Part shown: piece after piece, positions 1 through 12,640 of the stretch
How positions within the stretch are numbered: the stretch's first letter is position 1
How the letters are laid out: every line of letters starts with the position of its first letter
Source: Octopus bimaculoides
Lineage: Eukaryota
Assembly (NCBI RefSeq): GCF_001194135.2
Contig: NC_068990.1
Location: 43,617,893-43,681,892 of the forward strand
Length of the DNA: 64,000 nt
Reading direction: 5' to 3'
Position numbers and translations under genes: made by a program
The notes under the pieces: model-generated
Seen by the model: only the letters and a program-made list of their open reading frames with translations
Told to the model about the DNA's origin: nothing
The model's database searches: none

Positions 1-233
1 GGCACATAAAAGACACCATTTCGAGCGTGGCCGTTTTCGTGCGGGTGACACGTAAAAGCACCCACTACACTCTCTGAGTGGTTGGCGTTAGGAAGGGCAT
101 CCAGCTGTAGAAACTCTGCCAAATCAGACTGGAGCCTGGTGTTGCCATCCGGTTTCACCAGTCCTCAGTCAAATCGTCCAACCCATGCTAGCATGGAAAG
201 CGGACGTTAAACGATGATGATGATGATGATGAT
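1..233 (+). mobile_element. Young copy of the RTE-LINE 3' tail / SINE-like element ending in (GAT)n
   Basis: ggcacataaaagacacc...ggcgttaggaagggcatccagctgtagaaac...ggacgttaaacgatgatgat. Near-identical to the copies at 41040 and 57907. Confidence 0.85.
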
Positions 234-903
234 GAACTGGGTCTAAACAACAATATCAATAAATTATCATTCTATACATCCAGGTTATTACTGGTAAATA
301 GTATAATTTTTATTTACCTATAGTCATGCTTACATAATTATATTGTCGGTCGCCCTTCTTCTCAGGCTAAGGTTAATGGCATTCATTTTGAGACACGATG
401 ACTCCAAGCTGCCCACTGTAGTCTGAAAGAAATCTTTAATTGCAGGAGCTCTGAATTATATCAATGCTATTCTCTTGATTTGCATTGTTGTAATTGCATC
501 CATCCTAACTCATAATCACTACCAACTTACTAGGTGACTGACACAATAAATGTTGACTGATATAAAAATAACAGGAGTGTCAAGGCTGGAACACTTTAGA
601 TCAAAGGCTTGCTTGATTAGAGATCATCTGTGACTAAGCAATACCATCCTGATCAGCACTAATCTCACCAAGATCATCCCTAAAACCCTAATCACCATCA
701 CAAAAAAAAAAACAAAAGCTATAACAATAATATAGTTTAAAGTATATTACCTGAAATAAATAGGGAGCTAGAATGTCTGGTCATAGATTCTCCATTGCCA
801 TACTATCACACAAGACAAATAACAGGCACACACACACACATCTAGTACACAAGTCACACACACAAGCTGCACCTATACAAAAACGATGAAATATAATTTA
901 TAC

Positions 904-990
904 CTGTTCTCTTTCATCTTTTTTTTTGTCAAGTTCATCTATAGTCCAATCATATTCTGCTTGGATAGCATCACGACGACGTAAAACTGT
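904..990 (-). CDS. SNX30: SNX7/SNX30-family exon 8 (TVLRRRDAIQAEYDWTIDELDKKKDEREQ); gene continues beyond the left edge
   Basis: Acceptor ttattgtag|ACA and donor CAG|GTATAA, 87 nt. VLRRRDxIQ BAR motif. No terminal exon was found in 1-903. Confidence 0.92.
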
Positions 991-1218
991 CTACAATAAA
1001 CAAACAAAAATTTATATTTTAATATCACAACAATAATTACTTTTCATTAGCTCTTTTTTCTACATTTTGTTTTTGTACATTTCTTTCCTACAGATATTCA
1101 AACTTTCACTTTGGAATCATTAATCATTAAATGTGTGCAGCAGAATATAAAATATTTTAAAAGGATTTTCAAATACATGAAGCATATACTTTAAGTATAT
1201 GTAGTTTATGCTTTTTAC

Positions 1219-1499
1219 ATGCCACCAGCACAGATGCCAGTACCGCCTGACTGGCACCCATGCCAGTGGCACATAAAAAGCACCATTCAAGCATGGTCAG
1301 TGCCAGTACCACCTGACTGGCATGTAAAAAGCACCCACTATACTCTCGGCATGGTTGGCATTATGAAGGGCATCCAGCGGCAGAAACTTTGCCAGATCAG
1401 ATAGGAGCCTGGTACATCTTTCTGGCTTGCCAGTCCTCAGTCAAACTGTCCAACCAATGCCAGCATGGAAGGTGGACATTAAACGACAACGATGATGAT
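1219..1499 (+). mobile_element. Older diverged copy of the RTE-tail element
   Basis: Same modules (ggcacataaaaagcacc, gaagggcatccagc, ggacattaaacgac..gatgat) with many substitutions. Confidence 0.75.
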
Positions 1500-2124
1500 A
1501 TATATATTGGGTGAGATGCTACAACAAGCATAGAATAGACAGGTATTAAATTAATGCTCTAACAGATTGAATTCTTAAGCACCAACTTCTTAATCAGGGT
1601 AAGGTATTCCAGCAGTAGATGCGTTGGTTGGAAGAAATACAAAGTCCATTTGCCATTTATCATTCTGAAGAGACAGTATTAATATATGAAATAATGGTAT
1701 GTGTTAATAATAGAAAAAGTGTGAAATATAATTATTACAGAATGTAATCTCTGGAGTAACATTATTTGAAAGGGTGTATAACTCAAAGATGACAGAGTCT
1801 CTCAGACTGAGCAGTAAATTCTCCAGACTGAGAGGTCACAGCTCCAGTACTATGGACATGTAATTAGAATGTCCAGAAAAGAATCACAAGACACATTCTT
1901 CAAACCAAGACAACCTACAAAAGACCTAGGGGTAAACCAAGAATGAGATAGTTGGATAATATCCATAGCCTTTGTTGGCCACATTTGAGGACCCAGTTGG
2001 AAAGCCTAATGACAATTGCTTCTGATAGGACTATGGGTGCCTCAAGACTCTACCCCAACAACCCTCCCAGGTACAGTGGGCAGAATGGACAAATAAGTGG
2101 ATGTAAACTCTGGAATCTACTCAC

Positions 2125-2193
2125 CTTTACAGCTTCAGTATATAACATATATTCTTTGAGGGGTTGGCAAAATGATTCTTCAATTTCATCAAT
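2125..2193 (-). CDS. SNX30: SNX7/SNX30-family exon 7 (IDEIEESFCQPLKEYMLYTEAVK)
   Basis: Acceptor gtgtag|ATT and donor AAG|GTGAGT, 69 nt, phase 0/0. PLKEYxLYxEAVK BAR motif. Confidence 0.92.
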
Positions 2194-2299
2194 CTACACA
2201 TCAAAGAAACAAAGAAATGTGTAAATACATGACTTAGTAAACAGGGTTTTTCCAGCTTTTACAGAATATTTCTGGTCACTGGCAACAAGACAAAAAAAT

Positions 2300-3477
2300 A
2301 TGGAAAATTACAAAACTGGTCATTGAAGTAGGTTTAGTCTTCAAATCACAAACCCCTTCACAAGCCCCTGCTCGATCAGTAGAAAAGGCATGAGTAGAAA
2401 CTACATACAATGTACCCAGTGTAAGCTATGGACGCATAAAAGGTGCAGCAATATCAAAGGAAGGTTAACCGGGAAAGTAGTTTTTGCGTGTGGCAGATGC
2501 ACAGTGGCAATAAACACTGAAGATGTACAGAAAACAGATTCCATCACATGTCAGGGGAAGAAACTCGAAGTAGTTAATAGCTTCCACTACCTAGGTGACC
2601 AAGTCTGTAGTGGGGGGTGGTTGCTCTGAGAGTGTAGCAGCTAGAATAAGAATAGCCTGGGTAGGGAGCTCCTACTTCTCACTCAAGATGAAAAGTAGAC
2701 TATGATGCATGTATGTGAACTGCCATGCTACACAGCAGTGAAACATGGGCCATGACTGCTGAGGACATGCGCAGGCTTGCAAGAAATGAAGCTAGTATGA
2801 TCTGCTGAATGTGTAATGCCAGTGTGCATACACAACAAAGTGTAAGCACCCTGAGAGAAAAGTTGGACATAAGAAGCATCAAATGTGGTGTGCAAGAGAG
2901 ACAACTGCGCTGGTATGGTCATAGGTTACATATGGATGAGGACAGCTGTGTGAGGAAGTGCCACTTCCTACCTGTGGAAGAGGTAGACCCAGGAAGTCAT
3001 GGGATGAGGTGGTGAAGCATGACCTTCGAACATTGGGCCTAACAGAGGTAATGTCAGGAGACCAAGATCTTTGGAGATATGTGTACTTGAGAAGGCCCAG
3101 CAACTAAAGTGAGATCGCAGCCACGCATGTCCAGCCCAGTTAAGAGTACCCCTGATGCATCGGGCAATATGATATGCTTGAGAAGACCTGCTAGGTCAAG
3201 TAAAACCAATATCATAGCTGTGGTCAGTGCCCTCTGACTGGCTCCCATGCTGGTGGCATATAAAAAGCACCATCCGAACGTGGTCGATGCCAGATCTGCC
3301 TGACTGGCTCCCATGCCGGTGGCATGTAAAAAGCACCCACTATACTCTCGAAGTGGTTGGCGTTAGGAAGGACATCCAGCTGTAGAAACATATGCCAGAT
3401 CAGATTGGAGCCTGGTACAGCTGCTGGATCATCCAACCCATGCCAGCATGGAAAACAGACGTATGATGATGATGATA
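2300..3477 (+). mobile_element. 5'-truncated, frameshifted RTE-clade LINE: RT C-terminus with a Cys/His finger, plus modular 3' UTR
   Basis: Translations CTQCKLWTHKRC...CGRC, LEVVNSFHYLGDQV and QERQLRWYGHRLHMDEDSCVRKC across frameshifts, running into the same (GAT)n tail as the short element. Confidence 0.88.
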
Positions 3478-5229
3478 TGATATGCTGTATTTGCATATAA
3501 AATAAATTACTAATTTTTAGGCAAATAAAATTGGAGTGTTTTGGTGGAGGGCATTATATCTGAGATCACATTGTACTTAGGGAAAAATGATGTTTATTTT
3601 TGAATCCAGTTATAAGTTAAAATTTTGGAAAGCAGGATTTCAATTCCATTAGTTCAAGAAGTAAAAAGCAAAATGTATACTTTCCTATCTCAGGATGTAA
3701 ATAGCAACTATTCTGACCCTATGCCTAACTATTATTATTTTCAGCTACAGGTCAGCCTCCTAACTGAAAACACACTTCTTCATAAAACAAAAGTGTAATT
3801 GCTATGAACACCATGTTTGTTTTGTTGTTTTTTTTTTTTTATAGCTAAGTTAACATTGTTTAACTTTCCTTCCTTTTAAGACAAATAGAATTTGAGAGAA
3901 ACTTAATTCTTATTTCTAGCTGATTGAGTTGCTCATTTACCTTGCTTGGCATTTCATTCTTTTAAAAGAGTTGGAAATGAACAAAACAGGAAGAAGGTAA
4001 CATATTTTATTGTACCTTAAATATTTTACCTTATATTCTACTGTACCCAATCTTTCTATATCCACCACAATGCTCAGTTCTTGTGATGAGGTGGCTGGTG
4101 TGCCTCAATAACCATGAGAGTTATGCTAGTAAAATGCAAGCTTCTGATAGGATCTCTCATGTTGGACAGGTCAAAGGACAGAGGCCCAACTAAAATAGAC
4201 TACTACTTCTCAAAAGTAAAACATGAATTAGCATAGCACTAACACCCCACCCTAGAAAAAAAAGGAAAATTATAGGAACATCTGTAACAATTAAAAACCA
4301 ACAAGACCTGAGAGAAGAAGACCTTAAATTCTGCCCAGAGTCAATAACAGGGGAGAAAAATCATTGATATTCTGTTCCACAAGGAGTAAAGAGCTCAAGT
4401 AAGTACATTTCACTATGCCATATATTTCACTGTACCCTGTATTCTTTTGAATCAATGGTCAGTATACAAATCATACCAAGATTGAATTTTTATTACATAT
4501 TTCTGAAGGCCAAATAATATAAACAGCTGTCACACTCTGAGATCAACTCATTGTCAGTGCATTTGCACTGAATAGGTTGGACTTGTTCTTAGTTTAGGCA
4601 ATAGCTGTTTGCTGACACTTTAAGTTGAGGCATTGTTATAGCATGGCTGAAACAACAGTAACAGATAACGATGGTACTTTAAGATTTTGGAAAAGTTGGT
4701 TTTAACTACAAACACTAATTTTCTGAGAAAGGAAACCAGAATCTAGGTTTCAAACCAGAAAGGAAGCTGCTAAGGGGTTGCAAAGAAGAGCAGCTAAGTC
4801 ACCCTAAAATCAATTATGGCTGACCTGGGACTAACAACGATCTATCATGATCGCCTGATTTTGCTATGATGGTATCGGTTGGACAAGACTTATTTAAACA
4901 GTATGGGAGGCCTTCATGATACCAACCCTTGTTTTCAGGTAAGGTACTTTATTCCCCTGGCCTTTGTACACCAAAACATTAAACTGCAGGATGTTTGAGC
5001 AAATGTCCATGCTGCCCAAAGTGAAGTGTGAAGAAAAACGACACACGACAAGCTTCTATATTGTTTCAATTCTACCAAATTTTACTCATGAGGCATTGAT
5101 TAGCTCAAGTCTTTAATGGAAGACATTTAACTGAGTTGCTACACAATGGGATCAAACCTAAAACCATGTAGTTGTGAAGTAGGCTCTTTAACCACACAAC
5201 TAAGCATGCTCCTATACAACAACTGTATT

Positions 5230-5965
5230 CCAATAATTGTTTCACATTGCAGTACAAGGCTAGCAATTTTGAGGGGAGGGGGTAGTAGATTACATCAACC
5301 TCACGACTTGTACTTTATTTTATTGACCTAAGAATGTTGAACGGCCAAGTGGACCTTGGTAGAATTTGAACACAGAATGTAAAGAACTGGAAGAAATGCC
5401 ACTTATTATTTTATCTGACATGCTAATGATTCTACCCACTCACTACCTTCTGTATTCCAATAATAAAAAATATTCTTAAACAAAATTCTAAGAAACAAAT
5501 GCTATTTTCATAAATAAAAAGTACTGCTATTCATTCAAAATATTGTTTCAAATTTTGGCACAAGGCCAGCAAGTTCAGAGGAAGGAGCTAAGTCAATTAC
5601 ATTGACCCCAGTGCTTCAGTAGTACTTATTTTATCAATCACAAAAGGACGAAAGGCAAAGTCAACCTCAGAAGAATTTGAACTCAGAAAAAAGATGAATG
5701 AAATGCCACTAAGTTTTTTGCCTGGCATGCTAAGGATTCAGCCACCTCACCACCATAATAATAATAACAACAATGGTTTCAAATTTCAAGGAAGGGGGTT
5801 AAGTGGATTACATCAACCCCAGCGTTCAACTGGTACTTATTTTATCAACCCTGGAAGGATGAAAGGCAAGGTTGACCTCAGTGGAATTTGAACTCAGAAT
5901 GTAAAGATGGACGAAATGCCACTGAGCATTTTGCCTGGCATGCTAACAATTCTACCAGCTCACCA
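5230..5965 (-). mobile_element. Head-to-tail array of three tRNA-headed SINE copies (aaggcggcgagctggcagaa family)
   Basis: Repeated ~200-bp unit on + (gcacaagg...catcaaccccagt...gaatttgaactcagaa...gctaatgattct). The reverse strand gives A-box-like TGGCAGAATC and B-box-like GAGTTCAAATTC. Confidence 0.75.
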
Positions 5966-6019
5966 AACTTAATTCAAAATCTTAATAAAGCAATTGTAAA
6001 TGTAATTCTGATCACTTAC

Positions 6020-6150
6020 AGATTCTTTAATAGCCACACAATTTGCTTCAATTGCTCTGGACATTGTAAGAAGAGCTGGTGTCAGTTTATCTTCAGAATT
6101 AGACCAAAGTGTGTATACTGGACTCCAATCATTCAATTCTTCTACATATT
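6020..6150 (-). CDS. SNX30: SNX7/SNX30-family exon 6, BAR domain (EYVEELNDWSPVYTLWSNSEDKLTPALLTMSRAIEANCVAIKES)
   Basis: Acceptor cttttag|AA completes the phase-1 codon GAA. Donor TCT|GTAAGT, 131 nt. The YTLWSxSE motif is typical of the SNX4/7/30 BAR domain. Confidence 0.93.
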
Positions 6151-6309
6151 CTAAAAGACAGAGAAATAAAGAAATTAATAAATTTTGTAAATGTAATTTA
6201 ATTTGGTAAACAAAATTGTACAAATATATTTCTATAGTCTGTCTTACATAGACAGGAGAATTTTTATTTCTATATTACACTGTGTACACACCATCATTTT
6301 TATGTCTAC

Positions 6310-6600
6310 TTTTCCATGCTTGCATCGGTTGGAAATGTCCTCTCCAGCACAGCATCCCACTCATTGCATTCCCTTATCTGTGAGGTTCAGCTTCCTGAGA
6401 TCAGCCTACACCACTTTTGTCCATGTTTTAGTAGGTCTTTCTCTTCCACCAATTCCCTCCACATTAATCTCCTGGCTCTTCTTCACCCACCTCTCATCAT
6501 TCATTTATGTTCCACATCCATACGAATGTAGTCACTCTTGTACACCACAACTGCTTCACCTTATACCCATCTTTTCACTCTACTCATTTGTTCCTCATCA
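6310..6600 (-). mobile_element. Decayed RTE LINE 3' coding end
   Basis: Minus-strand translation DERWVKKSQEINVEGIGGRERPTKTWTKVV matches the RTE C-terminal motif. Confidence 0.65.
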
Positions 6601-7265
6601 TTCATGCACACACCTAGCAGATCAATTCTTGCTGTGTTTCTTTTCATCTTTTGCCCATTCCTCTACATTCAGTAACCACACTTCACTTCCACACAGTTCA
6701 CACACTGATGTCAGACGCATTTCATTTTGCTGAGAGAGAGGGAATCCTCTTGTTGTCAGCAAAGGTAATAGCTTCCTAGGAACCAATATCATTGCATCCT
6801 TCTATAAATAACAGAACAACCAATTTTTTTTATATAGGCTTAACAACCTATGCATGATGGTTGTAACTGAGCATCATAATCATACAAGCAATGTTGTTTA
6901 TCTCCAGTCTTCCATGAAAAACATGTCTGGCCATGAAGAAATAAGTGATGGTCAGCAATATGAAGGGTATTCAGCCAAAGAAAGCAGTCTCTTACCACAG
7001 CCTTGATTTGATGAGCTGCAAGTGACATTCAGTAGACAGAAAATAGACAGAAATTTGCTGTACATACACACATACATACATATACATATATATATACATA
7101 TATTTGTTTGTTTATAGTTTTAGCTTAGAGCTGCAGCCATACTGATGCACCATATATATATATATNNNNNNNNNNNNNNNNNNNNNNNNNNNNNNNNNNN
7201 NNNNNNNNNNNNNNNNNNNNNNNNNNNNNNNNNNNNNNNNNNNNNNNNNNNNNNNNNNNNNNNNN

Positions 7266-7301
<36 letters not shown>

Positions 7302-7715
7302 ATACACGTCATATATTATATTCATTTACTTGGGCACAGGGAAATATTACTTTGCTTGAAAACAGATGAGGGTTGGCAACAAGAAGTGCATCCAGCCATA
7401 GAACATCTGCTTCAACAAATTCCATTCAACCCATGTGAGCATGGAAAAGTGGATGTTAAAACGATGATGATGATGATTGGGAAAGCATAAGCAAAATTAG
7501 CATCTGTCTAATTAAAATAATTTGTTGTTTTGGTTTTTCTTTTTCTCTTTTTTCCTTTCTAGCAAACCATAGAGAGGAATGCTTGTAAAACACCTTTCCA
7601 TGAAAGATGGTGCAGAGCAACAAAAGATTAATCCTTGATTAATCATGAACTGAATCTTTTCACTAATCAAATCAATGGTGCAAGACGAAGAATAAATTTC
7701 AGCTGCCTTACTTAC

Positions 7716-7911
7716 CACTCTGTTCTCTGAGTATTCGCTGAGTAATCCTATCTACTGATGCAAGTTTATCACCAAAAGATTGCACATAGTCGTGCATCGC
7801 TGCAAACTCAGGAGGCCGGTTTTTCATCATGTATGAAGCACTTATGTTGTGAAGTGAGTTGGTGACTCGGCTGATCAAACCTTGTCCTTTCTTTTTATGG
7901 GCATTGAATTC
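7716..7911 (-). CDS. SNX30: SNX7/SNX30-family exon 5, linker and start of BAR domain (EFNAHKKKGQGLISRVTNSLHNISASYMMKNRPPEF...ILREQS)
   Basis: Acceptor tttcag|GAA and donor G|GTAAGT, 196 nt, ends in phase 1. Confidence 0.93.
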
Positions 7912-9417
7912 CTGAAATTTCAAACCAAATACATCAATGCAGAAGGCATATATAGCATAGTGGTTAAATAACTTGGCTCTCAATCATAAGTTTGTGGGAT
8001 TAATTCTCAAACTGGGAGCTGCATTGCACTCTTAAACAAAGTAATTTACTTCACTTGCTTCACTCCATGCAGCTGGTAAACAAATATTAAGACTAACAAA
8101 GCCCCTGGTTGGTGTCAAGTAAATATAGCACTGTTAATAGATCAGTAACAGGACCAAAATTCTTCAGGCAGAAAAAAGGATACATCTAGTAGTACACTGC
8201 TATTTCCTCTCTTTACCCTTTATATCAAAACAAATAGCAGCACACAGAAATGAGGAGGGACTGAGGATAAAAGTAAGGATCATCCCACATAGACTACATT
8301 ACTACTATGACTTTTATCACCACTACATACCAAAAGTGTCTATTGAGCAAGCTTCTATATGGTTGCTTTAAGTTCTAAAAAAATACCAACCAAATCTCCC
8401 TCAGATCAGTTTCTTTAAAAAGAAGGGATGGTACAGCTATAAAGCCATCCCATTATGGATCTGCTTAATCAAGATGTGACCTAGAGCTTTAACAATGGAT
8501 CTGCTTAATCAGGGTGTACCCTTCAACACCACAAAATATTAATAATTACTCTATACTGACAGAATCTATATTACCTGTCTCTATTATAGTCAGCATCTGA
8601 GATTTTAATTATCTCTCACCAAGACTGGACATAAAAATAAATAAAACTCAGTTTATGAATCCTTGACCCTGAATTCTTATAGCATAATATAATTTGTACT
8701 GACACAAACATATGCAGATGATGTGTTGGAGAAGCTATAACCTATGGAACTGAATTTCCTGCAGACTAACAGTGGGATAAAATGTGATGAAGGTGACTCT
8801 CAAGATTTAAACTCAGTCATTAATCAATGAAATTAATCATTGCTCAGCACATTACCATCTGCACTACCTATACAGACCTGATAATATCATCACAATACCT
8901 TACATTAAGATATAATGGTTCCAAATTTTAGAACAAAATCACTAATTTTAGGGAGTATGAGTTAGTTGCCCGATTATATATTTTGTGGCTTAAGTTTGCA
9001 TGTTTTTGAAATAAAGGATTGAAGTTAAATGGTTTCATATAATATATTTTAGAGGATTGATAAAGGTTGTTAGTTCATTATAATGTTCATGCAACATCTT
9101 TCAAGAGCAAATCAATTCTATAAATATTTCCACACTGCAGCATAACAAGTAAGCTTGCTAGTCTCATATTTATACAAGAAAATATTTTACAATTGCTTAA
9201 AACTTCTATATTTGTTTGATGTAAAAAGAAAACAAAACTCACTTTATATGCAACTTTCAACAACCATAGGTGCATATTAGGAAAAATTTCAGTAAATTAC
9301 ACAACTGAGTTTGATTCAAAGTGTACAGAGTAGAGGATGAAAATGGGGAAGGGGAAGAGGTAAAAAGTAATGAGACAACTAGATAGAAAGAGAGAGGGAG
9401 AAGGAAGGAAGTCTTAC

Positions 9418-9579
9418 CCAAGCTTTAGCAGTGAGAAATACATGAAAATGTTTATCAAAGGACAGGACTGGATGATCAGCGATTCGGGTGAGGAATTTCT
9501 GTAATGCTTGTTGTCGAACTCGTAGAAACTCAGAACTGAAACGGTCCAAACGCCGTAGGCTGTGTTTAGCAGGCAGAGG
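9418..9579 (-). CDS. SNX30: SNX7/SNX30-family exon 4, PX C-terminal half ([54 protein letters not shown])
   Basis: Acceptor ttttcag|CCT and donor TGG|GTAAGA, 162 nt. Contains the PPLP loop and RxxxLxxFLxRIxxHPVLS motif. Confidence 0.97.
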
Positions 9580-10379
9580 CTGAAAATAAAACAAGATGTT
9601 GTCACATTTATTATACAAATTCAAGTTTGCAGTATGATTAAAAAGAAATTTCCAGTCATAAAAATATAATTATATACTTTACATTTCTCTCATAACTCAA
9701 GATCATCAAATATTTATGAAAAAACAATTGAACAACTTAAGATGATGGATACTGTAATGACCAAGACATTTTTCATATCTTGATCATTATTTCTCATGTT
9801 TGTACTTTATGTACAACATACACATCTATTAAGTTAGAAAGTTCCGTCACATTTTTGAATTTTTGACATGATCATTCTGAGGGTACATTTTCAACACTTA
9901 TAGTAACACAAATATATTTTCCTTTCATAGCAGATTGCTTTATACCACAGTGGTTAAATCTGTATTACTTTACCCTTTAAATTTTGTTTAGATTAGATCT
10001 ATATCAGTCACTGCATGTTGTATAAATTCAAAATGGACTCTTAAGCAATGGTAGTGACAAGAAAAATTCATTCTGTCCTTGGAAAAGAAGTTTTAAGTGT
10101 TTGGATATACCAGCAATGGTTTGGCCAGTTTCACTCAAGAATTATTTTTACTCATAGATTTCCCTTGATCCAGATGACCATTTTGCTAATATCAAGCTTC
10201 TGAAAATTGTAGTTTAAAAATCCAATAAAAAACTGCTTAATAATTGGCAAAACAATTCAAGTCAAGTCACACTTCAATCAAAAGGATTTTCAAAAATATA
10301 GGAAAAGTGTCTAAATTTGTGGTCATCTGACTGCTTCTCAGCTTAATCAAAGAGTTGCCTGTGCTTAACATTGAAGAGT

Positions 10380-11044
10380 AGACATGCTTCCGAACCTTTC
10401 TTGGAGAGAAATATCACAAGTGATGAAAAATAGGTTCTCCATAATCATAGTTAACACCCAACAAAAAAAAGGAGAATCCATCCTTAAATCAAGACTAAAC
10501 CTGAAAAAAGTTATGTTCTGTGTTTCGTAGAATGCAAAAGGTGTCGTCTATCACAAAATGTGAAACAAAACAAAATGGTTAATGTGAAGTATTATCACCA
10601 ATCAGAAGCATTGCATAAAAATTTTCAGAAAACGCATTCATCATGAATCAGTCATGAAAGAGTGTTGCTCTTACGCAATAATGCAAGACCATATATTGTC
10701 TAAGTCACTCAGGAAAAGATTATGGTACTAAATAAGGAGGTTTTGCCTCATCTTATTCTCCTGACCTTGCTCCATCAGACTTTCATTTTTTCAGATCACT
10801 GCAACAATATTTAGAGACAAAAAGAGTTTATTAATTGTGAAGAGGTTAAAAAAAATACTGGTTGTCTCTTCGCTTTGAAACCTGAAGAATTTTACATTTG
10901 AGGGATTAACAATTTCCAAATAGATGGGATTATGTTAGCAATAATGAGGGGAAATATCTTGATTAAAAATATCAGTTAAGACCGAAGAATCATTACTTTC
11001 TTTCCCATTTTGAAATGCAACAGAACTTTCTTACCCACCTAACA
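10380..11044 (+). mobile_element. Mariner (DD34D) transposase relic, 3' half with right TIR
   Basis: Degenerate ITSDEK, NARP and YSPDLAPSDFHFFRSL motifs. Ends aactttcttacccacctaaca|TA. Confidence 0.8.
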
Positions 11045-11097
11045 TACAGTACATAAACATGCATGCTTATATTTTATGTACAACACACACATACTGT

Positions 11098-12410
11098 ATA
11101 CACACGCATCTCTATACTGCATATGCACGCATCTCTATACTGCATATACACATCTCTAGTGTCTATACACATCCCTAGTGTCTATACACATCCCTAGTGT
11201 CTATACACATCCCTAGTGTCTATACACATCCCTAGTGTCTATACACATCCCTAGTGTCTATACACATCCCTAGTGTCTATACACATCCCTAGTGTCTATA
11301 CACATCCCTNNNNNNNNNNNNNNNNNNNNNNNNNNNNNNNNNNNNNNNNNNNNNNNNNNNNNNNNNNNNNNNNNNNNNNNNNNNNNNNNNNNNNNNNNNN
11401 NNNNNNNNNNNNNNNNNNNNNNNNNNNNNNNNNNNNNNNNNNNNNNNNNNNNNNNNNNNNNNNNNNNNNNNNNNNNNNNNNNNNNNNNNNNNNNNNNNNN
11501 NNNNNNNNNNNNNNNNNNNNNNNNNNNNNNNNNNNNNNNNNNNNNNNNNNNNNNNNNNNNNNNNNNNNNNNNNNNNNNNNNNNNNNNNNNNNNNNNNNNN
11601 NNNNNNNNNNNNNNNNNNNNNNNNNNNNNNNNNNNNNNNNNNNNNNNNNNNNNNNNNNNNNNNNNNNNNNNNNNNNNNNNNNNNNNNNNNNNNNNNNNNN
11701 NNNNNNNNNNNNNNNNNNNNNNNNNNNNNNNNNNNNNNNNNNNNNNNNNNNNNNNNNNNNNNNNNNNNNNNNNNNNNNNNNNNNNNNNNNNNNNNNNNNN
11801 NNNNNNNNNNNNNNNNNNNNNNNNNNNNNNNNNNNNNNNNNNNNNNNNNNNNNNNNNNNNNNNNNNNNNNNNNNNNNNNNNNNNNNNNNNNNNNNNNNNN
11901 NNNNNNNNNNNNNNNNNNNNNNNNNNNNNNNNNNNNNNNNNNNNNNNNNNNNNNNNNNNNNNNNNNNNNNNNNNNNNNNNNNNNNNNNNNNNNNNNNNNN
12001 NNNNNNNNNNNNNNNNNNNNNNNNNNNNNNNNNNNNNNNNNNNNNNNNNNNNNNNNNNNNNNNNNNNNNNNNNNNNNNNNNNNNNNNNNNNNNNNNNNNN
12101 NNNNNNNNNNNNNNNNNNNNNNNNNNNNNNNNNNNNNNNNNNNNNNNNNNNNNNNNNNNNNNNNNNNNNNNNNNNNNNNNNNNNNNNNNNNNNNNNNNNN
12201 NNNNNNNNNNNNNNNNNNNNNNNNNNNNNNNNNNNNNNNNNNNNNNNNNNNNNNNNTATATACACACATCTCTATACTGTATATACACACATCTCTATAC
12301 TGTATATACACACATCTCTATACTGTATATACACACATCTCTATACTGTATATACACACATCTCTATACTGTATATACACACATCTCTATACTGTATATA
12401 CACACATCTC
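11098..12410. repeat. Minisatellite array with 19-bp (acacatccctagtgtctat) and 23-bp (acacacatctctatactgtatat) units, spanning a gap
   Basis: About 8 copies of the 19-mer before the N-run and about 6-7 copies of the 23-mer after it. Confidence 0.92.
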
Positions 12411-12529
12411 TATAAGGTATGTACGACATCCATGACTATATTGTATGTATGAATACATCAATATCTTATGTATAAAATGTTGATATTTTATGTATGTCTA
12501 TGAAAAGTGAAGAAATGTTTTCTACTTAC

Positions 12530-12640
12530 AGGCACCAAATGTGTCGGATAACCATCTTCCAATCTCTGACGTAACCATACAAAGTCATTGTATCTACGCC
12601 TCACACAGTATTCATGTGTATCAAATTCCTCCCTTGTAGT
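12530..12640 (-). CDS. SNX30: SNX7/SNX30-family exon 3, PX core (TTREEFDTHEYCVRRRYNDFVWLRQRLEDGYPTHLVP)
   Basis: Acceptor ctttacag|ACT and donor CCT|GTAAGT, 111 nt. Contains the PX RRY phosphoinositide-binding motif. Too short for the ORF track. Confidence 0.97.

Noticed and set aside
325-424. Open frame after tttcag on the minus strand as SNX exon 9
   Set aside because: The peptide (TTVGSLESSCLKMNAINLSLRRR...) lacks the expected BAR C-terminal ADxERW-type motif.
742-765. Second AG|GT motif on the minus strand (tttatttcag|gtaata)
   Set aside because: The donor is weak, it is only ~150 bp from the upstream donor, it sits in dispersed-repeat-like sequence, and the frame after it is not nexin-like.
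8455-8511. 17-bp direct repeat atggatctgcttaatca
   Set aside because: It is a small slippage duplication within a common dispersed repeat.
11270-12452. Long ORFs of 160-390 aa in the track (11270, 17871, 24312, 28739, 30663, 32529, 37147, 57379)
   Set aside because: They are artefacts of N-runs and simple repeats translated as X or periodic peptides.
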